A DNA stretch of 64,000 nt from Octopus vulgaris (lineage: Eukaryota): NCBI GenBank assembly GCA_951406725.2, contig OX597836.1:39804001-39868000 (forward strand). The letters are read 5' to 3'. Shown piece by piece: positions 1 to 18,072 of the stretch. Position 1 is the stretch's first letter. Each line of letters begins with the position of its first letter. The translations under genes were made by a program, and so were the position numbers. A model generated the notes under the pieces. It had not been told where the DNA came from. It saw only the letters and a list, made by a program, of their open reading frames with translations, and made no database searches.

Positions 1-114
1 ACTTACTCTCACTCTTTCTTCCTGTTTCTTGAGTAACGCTGCGATGGACTGGCGAACACATACGCCATAGAAACCGTGAAACCGGGCCCATGAGACTGGC
101 TAGGCTTGAAAAGG

Positions 115-119
<5 letters not shown>
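1..119 (+). mobile_element. SINE family B 3' part with tail type iv (cut by window edge)
   Basis: Starts in the family-B junction ctctcactctttcttcctgtttctt, then a distinct tail (gagtaacgctgcgatggactggcg...ggctaggcttgaaaagggcgc) that runs into (TA)n. Confidence 0.6.
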
Positions 120-195
<76 letters not shown>

Positions 196-811
196 TACAT
201 AAATATAGGGATATATATATATATATACATACATATACATATATATATATATATATAAATATATACATACATATATACATATATGTGTGTGTATGTGTGT
301 GTGTAGATATATGTACGCATGCATACACACACTCATACATACTCATGCTCACACACACAGACATTTTCTCTCGTAGATTCTTCCCAGTGTAATCAGAAAC
401 GTGCTGATGAAACAAGAAAGTTCAAATAAGTTTGACTTTGCAAGTCAAAGGCAAAAAAAACATTAAACTTTCAGTAACCTTCATTATTACTGTTGTCGTT
501 GTTGTTGTTGTTGTTATTGTTTGGTGGAAGAATTCTCGCCCGTCAGTAATCATCGTTGCCACCACTACCACCACATACACGCACAAGTACATACACACAT
601 GCATACATAACACACATACATACAAACATGCATACATACATACATATATATATGCATAGATACATACATGTACATATGGATAAAGGTGTCAGCTGTTGAT
701 TTAGTTTCAAGATCATCTGACGGCTTCCCACCAGGAATTCACATTACATTATACACACACACACACACACCACACACATATATATACATATAATGTATAT
801 ATATAACTATG

Positions 812-857
<46 letters not shown>

Positions 858-968
858 TATATATATACACACACATATATATAGCTATATATATATATAT
901 ATATATATACAAACACATACATATACAAACATGCATATATCTATGCACATATATATATGTATATATTA

Positions 969-1017
<49 letters not shown>

Positions 1018-1128
1018 AATTTATGCACATATATATGTGTGTATATGCATATATATATATAAATGTACACACACACACACACACACATACACACACATAT
1101 ATATATATATATATATATTTGTGTTTGT

Positions 1129-1162
<34 letters not shown>

Positions 1163-1589
1163 TGGAATGCAATTTTGAAACAAGACACCTAATTATATTG
1201 GCTATTATACACTTAGCAGTGTTTATTGGAACTAAACCACTAATAGATTAACATCTCAGCATATTTCAACATAATTCTTTCACCATCTCTCTCTCCTCCT
1301 TCACACCTCACCCTCTCTTTCAATCATCCTCTCTCTCTCTCTGTCTCTGTCTCTCTCTCACTCGTTCTCCGTTGTTCTCTATCTTCCGTTGTTCTCTCAC
1401 CTTGTTAGCGCCAAAAAGAACCAACGAACGATGTGTACCATTTGTAAAAGACGTTAGATCTGACATGCAGCAGGTCAGTTGAATGGTATTATCTAGATGC
1501 AAAATTCTCTTGACCATGTCGGGAGAATCCAGTTGTCCTGAGCTTTGAACCAGATCTTTGTACGTAGAGTAACATGCTTTCCTGAGGTG

Positions 1590-1900
1590 TGGCAAGGATC
1601 CCGCTGCCACACTTATGGCCTCTCAACAGCAGCCCTTTCCAGCCAGAGATTAATCACAGTCTTCATCAGTTTCACATTGCCGTCTGAATTGAGTCTTAGG
1701 CTCTGTTCATCAGTTGTTTGATTAACACCGACGTTGGGACTCAGTCAGAACGTATGCTGTGTCCCTTCCTGCAGGCCATGGTTTCATAATCTTCGTTGTA
1801 GCTGTCCATATCACATTTTACAACCTTTACAGTGTTCACAGAGCATTCAACAGCAATCAAGATATAGGTATTTTGGTACCCGGAGCGAATAACCATGATA
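1590..1900 (-). pseudogene. Tc1/mariner-type transposase remnant
   Basis: Minus-strand translation gives LRLNSDGNVKLMKTVINLWLERAAVERP*VWQRDPCHTSGK, resembling the 'WQQD(S/N)APxH' second-Asp region of Tc1/mariner transposases. Stops and frameshifts are present. Confidence 0.65.
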
Positions 1901-1935
1901 CAGAAAACTTTTTTCCAATATTCAGATAGTTTCAA

Positions 1936-2190
1936 AGGTGGCAAACTGGCAGAAACGTTAGCACGCCGGGAGAAATGCTTAGGGGTATTTCGTATGCCGC
2001 TACGTTCTGAGTTCAAATTCCGTCGAGATCGACTTTGCCTTTCATCCTGTCGGAGTTGATTAAATAAGTACCAGTTACGCACTGGGGTCGATATAATCGA
2101 CTTAATCCGTTTGTCTGTTCTTGTTTGTCCTCTCTGTGTTTAGCCCCTTGTGGGTAATAATGAAATAGGTATTTCGTCTGCCGTTATATT
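1936..2190 (+). mobile_element. SINE family A (tRNA-like head; core gtcgactttgcctttcatcctttcggggtcgataaattaagtaccag)
   Basis: Same sequence recurs about 18 times, e.g. 6585-6735+, 9105-9258-, 9325-9505-, 11960-12163-, 13712-13923-, 14408-14610-, 16212-16445-, 27743-28150+, 41995-42130+, 42405-42583-, 43642-43800+, 45592-45826+, 59215-59470-, 63085-63280+. It has a B-box-like gagttcaaattcc. The core resembles Nin/Deu-type SINE domains (from memory, unverified). Confidence 0.85.
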
Positions 2191-2420
2191 CATTACTGAC
2201 ACTAACTTATTCAATATTGTCCACTAATATTACCCCATTCTGTATTGTCTGGCATACCACCCTACACCGAGTGGTCCGAAAACATTAACTCATATAGTGA
2301 AATATAGTGATACTTACCTTGTTTCATGCGGACCTGTTAAGTCATGTTAAAGACGAGTTTCGTGGTATCGTGGCCCATTCAAGTAGGGACATGTTTACTT
2401 AACATTTGTCTTTTTACTTA

Positions 2421-2701
2421 CCGTATTTTAACGTGTATAAGGAACCTTTTTCCCCAAAATTAGGTTAAATAATATGGGAGTTTCTTATACATGAATAGTA
2501 TTATAATCCCTTACAAAATATTTTTTCAAGATTTTAAGCCCCCTAAATAAGGGGGTTCCTTATACACGAGGGTCAGCCACTTGCACGTTAATATCACGAG
2601 CAAGCTGTTCCGTTGATCGTATCAGTTGGGACCCTCATCGTCGCAACCGACGGAGTGCTCCTATTTATATACGAGGGTTCTTTATACATGTTAAAATACA
2701 G
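2421..2701. mobile_element. Tc1/mariner-pogo-type MITE with a nested SINE tail
   Basis: TA|ccgtattttaacgtgtataa ... ttatacatgttaaaatacag|TA terminal inverted repeats with TA flanks. SINE tail iii is inserted at about 2574-2661. Confidence 0.75.
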
Positions 2702-3089
2702 TAATTATGCTATAACTTGAGCGGTTACAAATATTTAAATATGTTTTATGTATTATATAATACAATTACACCTGCCGCCCGAGCGGCATCGAGGTTGTTT
2801 ATAATCCTCATGCGATAATGTTAGATTTATCCAATAAAACGCTTATAATTCCTCATTTCAAAGATAAACGCTGTAGAGCTTATTGGATGTAATCAATAAT
2901 GTGATTTCCAATAATAGTGTGAAACATGACAACTCAAGCAAATTCTTTTTTTTTGTTTGTCTCTAAGGATGTACTTGTATATCTGTGCACATCAAGGCAT
3001 GTATGTATGCATGTGTATCTGTACATATGTACATGTGTGTCTATATTTTGCATACTTATCTATCTATTTGTCTGTCTGTCTATATACTT

Positions 3090-3125
<36 letters not shown>

Positions 3126-3140
3126 TTACTAATATTATTA

Positions 3141-3180
<40 letters not shown>

Positions 3181-3240
3181 CATTATTTACTATTATTTAA
3201 CTGAACGCAACGCATCCATTTCCAAGTATATATACATATA

Positions 3241-3407
3241 TACGACGGGCTTCTTTCAGTTTCCGTCAACCAAAGCCACTCACAAGGCTTTGGTCGCTCC
3301 GAAGCTATAGTACAGGACACTTGCCCTAAGGTGCCATGCAGCGGTATTGAACCCCAAACCATGTGATTGGGAAGTAAGCTTCTTACCACACAGTCACGTC
3401 TGCGCCT
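3241..3407 (-). mobile_element. SINE family C, 5' half
   Basis: Reverse complement of the family C head (ggcgcag...tgtgtggtaag...ggttcaataccgctgcatggcaccttagggcaagtgtc...gaagcccgtcgta). Confidence 0.8.
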
Positions 3408-3458
3408 GAGTGCTTGTGTATAATATATACATACACATACATATATAAGTGTATATAT

Positions 3459-3511
<53 letters not shown>

Positions 3512-3933
3512 TATAAATATATGTATGTATGTATATATACACTTATATATGTATATATTATGCACAAACACATACGCGCACACATATGACTACACAACAG
3601 CGGTTCATTGCTCAAAAATTCGCCATATTGAATAACGAAATACGTTATTACCAATAAATTTGAATCTACCCCATTGCAATCTATCTAGACGCACCACTCA
3701 TCAACGCACAATCTTTTACCATCAACTCCAACTCTATAATCAAGTCTTCAAAGGACAGAAATGTGACAATTTCATGTTTTCCGCCATCTTTCTTACACTT
3801 TAATCCTAATTTAATCTGCTGCAAATTATGCGAATTTAGTCTTGGCTGCCAAAGCTTGTCTACTTGGGGAGTATCTTTAAGACTCTTTCATGTGACCATT
3901 GCATTTAATCTTACCGGTGTGTTATCATCATCA

Positions 3934-4006
<73 letters not shown>

Positions 4007-4251
4007 TGTTGCTGTTGTTGTTGTTGTTGTTGTTATTGATAATGATGATTATGATGATAGTCTATTGAATTGGTGTCTACAGACAGACGGAGAAGAAATA
4101 AAATATATCAAGGCAGATTAAAAGATGAATGTTTTCAGAGATACCTTGTTTAATTCACTATTTGCAATACGTCTCAGCTGTTGTAGCATCTGTTTGTGTG
4201 TGTGTTTGTGTGTGCATGTGTGTACGTGTGTTGTGCGTGTATGTGTGTGTT

Positions 4252-4329
<78 letters not shown>

Positions 4330-4374
4330 AATATATATATGTAAATATATACATATATAAATATATATATGTAA

Positions 4375-4449
<75 letters not shown>

Positions 4450-4485
4450 AATATATAAATATATATATAAATATAGATATATGTA

Positions 4486-4573
<88 letters not shown>

Positions 4574-5212
4574 TTTGCACACACATATATATGTATGTGC
4601 ATGTATGTATGCATATGGATGCAATATGAAACACAGTAACGTTTGTAAGTTATTTGTCTGTCATACACACACACACACACACAAAAACACACACACAAAC
4701 ACGCACATACATATTCATATTACTGTGTGTGTGTGTGTGTGTGTATGTGTGTGTGTGTGTGTGCGGCCGTATTTATGCACGTGTGAGTACGTGTATATTT
4801 GTGAGTGTAAGTGAATATGTACTGGCAAAACAAACCGCATATTATCCATTGATCATCAACTACGATATTTCGTGTCCAAATCAGACACGCGTCCAACTAA
4901 TAGCATTTACTCAGTAAAAATGTTTACAAACGCAACACTTCTTAACACAAGCATCAAAGTTCATGCTATGCATCCACATACATAGTTAACTTTGCCCTGA
5001 AAACATATACAAACTGTTACAATTGACTTTGAATTGTTATAATTTTTCATGCACGTAATCAAACTTTCTGATGTGTGAATCTGTCTGGCTGAACGCGTTC
5101 TTGCATGTGTGTGCGTGAATGTGCACATCTCTTTCTCTCTATCGCTCTCTTAATCTATCTATCTATCTAAATATGTATTCATGTCTCTCTCGCTTTCTCA
5201 CTCTCTCTCTCC

Positions 5213-5245
<33 letters not shown>

Positions 5246-5412
5246 CACACATATATATATCATATATACATACATATATACATGTGTCTGTAAATGCATA
5301 TATACATACACATATATATATGTAAATGCATATGTATGTATGTATATATGTATATATACACACACACATATATATGCATATATATATATTTATAGGTATG
5401 TATGTATATATG

Positions 5413-5457
<45 letters not shown>

Positions 5458-5520
5458 GTAAACACAAAGACACGTACACAGACATACATACATACAATCA
5501 TATGCCCGCATACACATATT

Positions 5521-5650
5521 AGGTGCGTGGCCTTACGGTTTTATACTCACGATCATGAGATCACGGGTTCGATTCCTGGACGAGGCGACGAGTTGAGTTT
5601 TTGATCAAAACAATTCATTTCATGCTGCTGCAGTCCACTCAGATCAGGAG
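5521..5650 (+). mobile_element. Degenerate SINE family D head
   Basis: tRNA-like head with B box gggttcgattcc, followed by a core related to copies at 21589-21890, 29917-30170, 59700-59940 and 62040-62272. Confidence 0.55.
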
Positions 5651-5723
5651 TAAATATCTCTTTACAACTTCAATCATTGTTCTTCCATCTTACATACTAG
5701 CAACCACCACCTTAGCAACAACT

Positions 5724-5788
<65 letters not shown>

Positions 5789-5888
5789 TATTTAATAACA
5801 GTTTGACTTAGCTCTATGTGACTTAACATTTCGCGGTCTCATAGGACGAACTCAGCTCAGCAGAAATCTTTTCTTTAAATATCTAAGA

Positions 5889-6396
5889 TAGGTTCGTCCT
5901 AGGAGCTTAAAGCATATGTAACTGAGTCAAGCTTAAAACATATGGAGCGGAGTGAAGTTTAAAGAATATGGAGCTCAGTCAAATTTGAAACCTATAGAGC
6001 TGAGTCAAGCTTGTATCATATGGCGCTGAGTTAAGCCTGAAGCATATGGAGCTGAGTGAAGCTTAAAGAATATGGAGCTCAGTCAAATTTGAAACCTATG
6101 GAGCTGAGTCAAGCTTGTATCATATGGCGCTGAGTGAAGCCTGAAGCATATGGAGCTGAGTAAAGCTTAAAGAATATGGAGCTCAGTCAAATTTGAAACC
6201 TATGGAGCTGAGTCAAGCTTGTATCATATGGCGCTGAGTTAAGCCTGAAGCATATGGAGCTGAGTGAAGCTTAAAGAATATGGAGCTCAGTCAAATTTGA
6301 AACCTATGGAGATGAGTCAAGCTTGTATCATATGGCGCTGAGTTAAGCCTGAAGCATATGGAGCTGAGTGAAGCTTAAAGAATATGGACCTCAGTC
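5889..6396. repeat. 26-bp minisatellite with 4-monomer (104-bp) higher-order repeat
   Basis: Monomers tatggagctgagtgaagcttaaagaa / tatggagctcagtcaaatttgaaacc / tatggagctgagtcaagcttgtatca / tatggcgctgagttaagcctgaagca repeat in fixed order from 5941, 6045, 6149, 6253 and (partially) 6357. Confidence 0.95.
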
Positions 6397-7292
6397 TCAA
6401 ACTGTTATTATATAATATCATTCCTACTACATATGTTGAGTACCACTTTCATTCATTTGTCAGCTCACTCGTTATGTGTGTGTGTGTGAGTCTGTGCGTG
6501 TGTTCGTGCGTGTGTTCGTGTGTGTGTGTGTGTGTGTGTATGTGTGTGTGTGAGTGCGAGCGTATATATATTTATATGTAATATACCTTTCATCCTTTCG
6601 GGGTCGACTTTACCTTTCATCCTTTCGGGGTCGATAAATTAAGTACCAGTTACGCACTGGGGTCGATGTAATCGACTTAATCCGTTTGTTTGTACCCTCT
6701 ATGTTTAGCCCCTTGTGGGTAGTAAAAAATAGAAATATATATATATATATATGTAATAAGGTTGGCTTGTTAGAAATTTTCAACAAAAGGCAAAAATATA
6801 TATATATATTAGTAATGACAAACATTAGTTTTCATTTAAAAAGATAGTAATTACCATCAATGGAAGTTTGATATCGATTTTGATCAACTGAGTCACCAAG
6901 TACCTGAGTCGCTCAGTATTGAAGGGATACTCGTATCGTAGAGACCATCATTAGCTAGAATTATAATAAATGAACATGCACACAATGGCATATTCTTATG
7001 TATAATAGTATAAAAGCTGGATGAGCGGTTGTTAATAGCCATTAATAACGACCTCTTCAGCTTTTATTTCATCGTCCCTGCATTAGCTTGACTGATGCTT
7101 TGCCTATAGTCAGCACTTGTTTGCCCGTACGCCGTCTCCCTTCGTACGACGCTGAATGTTTTATATATATATGTATGGTATGTATGTATTTACATATATG
7201 CACGTATATATGTTTATGCATATATATATATTTATTTATTTATATGTAAATATGTAAATATATGTATATATATATATATATATATAGATATA

Positions 7293-7334
<42 letters not shown>

Positions 7335-7349
7335 TATATATATATATAT

Positions 7350-7401
<52 letters not shown>

Positions 7402-7429
7402 GTACATATATATATACATACATACATAC

Positions 7430-7464
<35 letters not shown>

Positions 7465-7624
7465 CCATATCGGAGCAATCTCAAGATTAATCAGCCGAAA
7501 TTGCTAAGATGATCTGGTTCTTGACTGATGACTGAGGGCTTCGAATGTCCCGTCCTGTGGTTCTTGTGTCGTCTCTGTGGCGTTTCATGTTCTTGTCCAT
7601 GTCTGTAATTATTTTTACTGTTTA

Positions 7625-7662
<38 letters not shown>

Positions 7663-7665
<3 letters not shown>

Positions 7666-7785
7666 GCCTGCTCGCTTAGCCAGCAAGGATGTCGTCATTT
7701 GAAGGCTAAAACAATGCGGAGCGCATTGTGACCAGCTACGTGTAGCAACATCTGATAGCCTAGTCAGTCATGTGATCACGTGATA
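7663..7785 (+). mobile_element. Solo SINE tail type i inside (TA)n
   Basis: ggcctgctcgcttagccagc...gcgcattgtgaccag...tgatcacgtgat. Also solo at 31130-31225 and 50885-51005, and attached to family B heads at 36144 and 47589. Confidence 0.75.
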
Positions 7786-7818
7786 TATATATATATATAA
7801 TGTATGTATGTATGTATG

Positions 7819-7859
<41 letters not shown>

Positions 7860-7862
<3 letters not shown>

Positions 7863-8682
7863 TTGATTTGGTCTAGTTGCAGCTCATGAGCTATGGCCAT
7901 GCTGGGGCACCGTCATTTGGTGTTGCTACATAATGTTACTTCTCTAATTCTTTTTTAGAAATTGACATTTGGTACATGAGGCAATTTGATGCCTCTGCCC
8001 ACACCTGCACTTCCTGCTGTGAAGTTGGTTCATTTGGGACACTTCACAGTAAGAGGTACAGTTTCGTTTTGAAAACACCTACATCCACCCCATGTAGGTC
8101 CCTCAGGTCCTTCGGGAGGATATTGAAGAGCTGTGGTCCCCTAAAGCCCAGGCTGTTGCAGTATATTGTTCTATATCTTGATGGCGAATTTGGAGACTTT
8201 GGCACTATGCAGTGGCGATCTGTTCTAGCATTAGTGTAACTCTCGATGCCAAAGTTTGGGAGAAGTCCCTCTAGGATCTTCCAGATCTTTATTTTGGCAT
8301 ATCTGTCTCGTCTACGCTCTAAAGAATAGAGTCTTAATCTCTTGAGTATTTTCCCAATGGCTTATAAGCTGCATAAATAATATCTTCTTCGTGTAGCTTC
8401 GTTGGATTGCCTCATGTTGTGCAATTAATTTGACACTGGTTGGTGCCCATAGCTGGGAGCAATAGTCAAAATGGCTTTGGACAAGTGTCCTCCAGAGGAC
8501 CAGTATGGTTTCCCGATCTTTTGTTCTAAAAGTTCTTAGAATGCATCCGGTCAGCCGGCTGCATTTCATTGCCAGCTTAGCAACAAGCACATGGAAGTAT
8601 GCATCATTACTCATGTAAAAAAATGCCCAGATCTCGCACTAACTGCGTCTCTGGGATTGCAATCCATCCAGGCCCAGTGTAG
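7860..8682 (-). pseudogene. CR1/L2-group LINE 3' fragment (ORF2 C-terminus and 3' UTR)
   Basis: ORF 8312..8614 reads ILRTFRTKDRETILVLWRTLVQSHFDYCSQLWAP...EAIQRSYTKKI, matching the 'LYxxLVRPHLEYCSxVWSP...LExVQRRxTK' RT-thumb pattern. Frameshifted; ends in an (AAATC)n-like tail. Confidence 0.85.
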
Positions 8683-8706
8683 TTAATTAGTAGTGTATTT
8701 AATTCT

Positions 8707-9102
8707 AGTAGAAACCCCTGTACGGATATGAACTGAAATGTGTGTAGATTTAGTCCACAAACAAACTGTAAAGCCAGAAATGTAGTCTATAGTATAAGAT
8801 GTATAGAGGGACGATGCAGTAACAAGACAACGACATACGTAGGGGAAACGGCACGGAGCATAGGAGAGCGGGTAAATGTTCATTGGAGATAATTTAAGGA
8901 AGGAAAGAGTTCATCGGTTCTGTACCAAGACGCCGCACAGGAACACGGGGGCTCAATCAACAACATAGAAGTTAAAATCTTGTCCACACATAGAACAGAC
9001 GCAACAATCAGACAAATTACGGAAGCTACACACATAATAGAAGGTAAACCTAGCCTGAATAGGAAATTGGAATGGAACACTAGCACACACCACAACATAT
9101 GA
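8707..9102 (+). pseudogene. Penelope-like element, GIY-YIG endonuclease remnant
   Basis: One frame with two internal stops: ...TNCKARNVVYSIRCIEGRCSNKTTTYVGETARSIGERVNVHWR*...IRQITEATHIIEGKPSLNRKLEW. It shows the VVY/YVGET, R, H, E and LN motifs of PLE GIY-YIG domains. Not in the ORF track. Confidence 0.85.
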
Positions 9103-9261
9103 AAGAACCCAGTACGTGACTGGTACTTATTTTATCGCCCCGAAAGGTTGAAAGGCAATGTCGACCTCGGCGGAATTTGAACCCAGAACGTAACGGCAGA
9201 CGAAATATGGCTACGCATTTCGTCCGGCGTGCTAACGTTTCTGCTAGCTCGCTGCCTTAAT

Positions 9262-9327
<66 letters not shown>

Positions 9328-9502
9328 TTTCTTTACTACCCACAAGGGGCTAAACACAGAGGGGACAAAGAAGGACAGACAAACGGATTAAGTCGATTAT
9401 ATCGACCCCAGTACGTAACAGGTATTTAATTTATCAACCCCGAAAGGATGAAATGCAAAGTCGACCTCGGCAGAATTTGAACTCACAACGTAACGACAGA
9501 CG

Positions 9503-9543
<41 letters not shown>

Positions 9544-10212
9544 GTCTTCTATAAGAGTAACGCAAATGTTTCTGGAGCATGCAATGAAGAATGAATTGAC
9601 AAGAGCGTCATAAATCTGGTCAGGTATAATAATTACCTCTGTCTTCCAAGCGGCAGCAAGAACTGTTAAAACTACTCAGAATAATTGGAAAGAGAACATT
9701 TATTATCCAATGGTGTTAAGTTTCTTTACTCAATCTTGCTGTTCGCAGTCTTGTTTACATTTTCTATAATCGGTTCTAATCTCATTAACAGCAGCAAGAT
9801 GGCAGATAGAGGCACGCTATCCTTGACGAACTAACTTTCACAGTGAAGCGTATACTTTGAAACTAAAACGTCTATCGATACAATAACCACACACACACAC
9901 ACACACACACGCACACACATGACCGCTGACAAATTTTTCTGAAATATAAGGGACAACAAAACATCCAGATAGACGATACAAAGAAAACAAGGACGGGTCA
10001 GTCAAGTACCAGATTATCTTCACAATTTCGGTTGATTATAATTGAGATTGCTGTAATCTGGCCAGCCCCAAGGAAAGACTATTTTGTTGTCCTATTTTTG
10101 TATCACCTAACTGTCCGGATGTTTTGCGTTCTTGTCCCACTATACATAGCTAGTCACTACACATATCCATCATTTTCTGTGAAAATGTCTTATTGACGAG
10201 TTTCATTTCTTC

Positions 10213-10298
10213 ACTTCCCTGAAGAGAAGATTACATTGTTTAACACCATTTTATTCCTTTGGAATAATATCAATATCTTCGAAACATGTGTCGGAAGT
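10213..10298 (+). ncRNA. Type-I hammerhead ribozyme motif (canonical core, long stem II insertion)
   Basis: ACUUCC-CUGAAGA-GAAGAU...AUCUUC-GAAA-CAUGUG-UC-GGAAGU: 6-bp stem I, 6-bp stem II, short palindromic stem III, GUC cleavage triplet. Confidence 0.8.
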
Positions 10299-10334
10299 AA
10301 AAGAATTTGAATAACACCTGCGTTAAACTTCATT

Positions 10335-10379
<45 letters not shown>

Positions 10380-11354
10380 GGAGAAACAAAGAAACAGACA
10401 TACAGACACAGAGATAGACAGACATACACACAAACACTCAGACTGACAGACAGATAGATAGAAAGAAAGATAGATAGATAGATAGATGGATAGATATATA
10501 GATAGACAGACAGATAGACAAACATTTATACGGATATACATGCACTTATAACACATGCACAACATTGCACCAACATATACATGCACGAAAGTATAATTAT
10601 TTGTTTGCGTGCGCTTTTAACTTACAGTTTTCAGTCCTACACGGAATATAATTTGAATAAAAAAACGAATGCGAACAAAATCAAAACATGGATATAAAGC
10701 ATCGGTGTGTGTGATAGCAGCTTCCGGCTGAAACATCAAACTCAGAATTCAGTACACTCTTAAGAAATTTCGCTTTTATAATCGAGTTCGCTTTATAATC
10801 TATAATAATTTCTCGCTCTTACCGCTCCTCCCTCGGTCGGCTTCCATTTCAATTTACATGCTACACTCTATGTAACTTATTCACTGCGAGCCTACTAAAA
10901 TCGTTGTTGTTTTTGTTTGTTTTTGTTTGTTGGTTACATCATCATGAATAGTATTAATTGGATAACATCCGAGTCAATAGGAAGATTTCCTAATTTTTGC
11001 GGCTGATTTATAAATTTTTCTTTAAATCAGTTTATATCAATCATAATTTCGGTTCCAGTCTCTTATCCTGAATTCTATTTTAGACATTTTCTACAAAGAA
11101 ATCTATTCTTTCGCTGTATACATACATGCAAGTATATGTCTATACATCTGCGTGTATGCATGTGCATGTATGTGTTTGTATGTACTTACATATGCATACA
11201 CACATACACACACACATACATATATACATACACACATACATACACACACATACATACATACATACATACATAAATACATACATACACACATACATACATA
11301 CATACATACATACATACATACATACATACATACACACATACATACATACATACA

Positions 11355-11385
<31 letters not shown>

Positions 11386-11427
11386 TAATATGTTATTAGG
11401 TATGACGAGAAAAATTTAACACATACG

Positions 11428-11810
11428 TAGGAGTGGCTGTGTGGTAAGTAACTTGCTTACCAGCCACAGGGCTCCGGGTTCAGTCCCACTGCGTGGCACC
11501 TTGGACAAGTGTCTTCTACTATAGCCTCGGGCCGACCAAAGCCTTGTGAGTGGATCTGGTAGACGGAAACTGAAAGAAGCCCGTCGTATATACGCATATA
11601 TATATATGTGTGTGTGTATGTTTGTGTGTCTGTGTTTGTCCCCCCCTCACCATCGCTTGACAACCGATGCTGATGTGTTGTTTACGTCCCAGTAACTTAG
11701 CAGTTCGGCAAAAGAGCCCGATAGAATAAGTACGAGGCTTACAAAGAATAAGCCCTGGGGTCGATTTGCTCGACTAAAGGCGGTGCTCCAGCATGTCCAA
11801 AACAAGTGTA
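11428..11810 (+). mobile_element. SINE family C, near full length (tRNA-like head, CORE-like segment, internal microsatellite)
   Basis: ggagtggctgtgtggtaag...gggttcagtccc...caccttggacaagtgtc...(TA)n(TG)n...ggcggtgctccagcatg. Other copies: 26150-26595-, 34768-35177-, 37009-37430+, 38278-38432-, 43070-43452-, 44972-45117+, 46755-47220-, 49160-49565+, 53295-53860-, 56845-57270-, 57290-57715-, 61540-61920-. Confidence 0.9.
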
Positions 11811-11904
11811 AACGAGTATATACGTGTGTATATATGCACGTATCTATATATGTGTATGTGTTGCATATATGAATATTAGTGTATAGTTTTGCATATACAT
11901 ATAT

Positions 11905-17010
<5,106 letters not shown>

Positions 17011-17015
17011 CGCCG

Positions 17016-17057
<42 letters not shown>

Positions 17058-17196
17058 AAATGCGACAAGATCATTAGATTCCTTGGAAGAAACAGCAAAT
17101 GTATACAAAGACAAGGACGGAAAAACAGTCCATGTTACACAAATACAATAAAAATAATAACAGGACATATCAAGAGGTGTCTTTCGACTAAGAACG

Positions 17197-17266
<70 letters not shown>

Positions 17267-17646
17267 CAAAATGGGACAAGAACGCAAAACATCCGGACAG
17301 TTGGGTGATTAACGCTCTTAATATTGTTTAAAAAAAAAACGTTATATGATATAACGTTAGAGGTAGCCTATAGAAAGAGGAGGGATAAAGTAAAAAAAAC
17401 TAAATAAATGAGAAGTCTATGAGTATATGTATATTAAATCAAACCTTATATACTAGGAAGAATATATATCTAGTGAATACAATGTAAAGAAAATTAATGT
17501 TTAAATTATATATAATGATAGAAATAACTTATGTGTATGTATGTATGAATAGGCACACACACATATAGATATATACACAGACACACACACGTATGTATAT
17601 ATACATATAAATATACATAGACATATATATATATAGAGGGAGATAA

Positions 17647-17687
<41 letters not shown>

Positions 17688-17725
17688 TATATATATGTAT
17701 ATGCATACATACATATATACATACA

Positions 17726-17761
<36 letters not shown>

Positions 17762-18008
17762 TAAAATTAATTAAGGGTAGAAATTGATATTTATCAATTA
17801 AGACCAGTGGCTCAGTATATTAAAAAAAGAATCCGAAGATTAAAATATTTATATATACCAATTAAGGACTGAACACGAAAAGTGGACAGTCAACATGCTA
17901 GATATAGACGTCAAATCGCCATTCACCACAAAAGATTATGTTCTCAGATCAAATCCCACAAAACCATAGCAATAAACAAGTGAAAAATATACGAAATAAA
18001 ATAATTAC

Positions 18009-18072
18009 CCATGTACTAATTAGTTTCAGCTGTTATTTTCCGCAAGGAAAACTGCAGCTATCATCAGCATAA
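18009..18072 (-). ncRNA. Type-I hammerhead ribozyme motif
   Basis: UUAUG-CUGAUGA-U-AGCUG...UUUUCC-UUGC-GGAAAA...CAGCU-GAAA-CUAAUUAG-UA-CAUGG. Stem III is the palindrome ACUAAUUAGU; GUA triplet. Confidence 0.8.

Noticed and set aside
1320-1610. Minus-strand ORF with an AAG|GTGAG donor-like site at 1400
   Set aside because: It overlaps the mariner remnant and I found no acceptor, partner exon or recognisable domain.
5889-6396. Regular repeat resembling a CRISPR array
   Set aside because: There are no unique spacers (the variants recur every 104 bp), no cas genes, and the context is eukaryotic.
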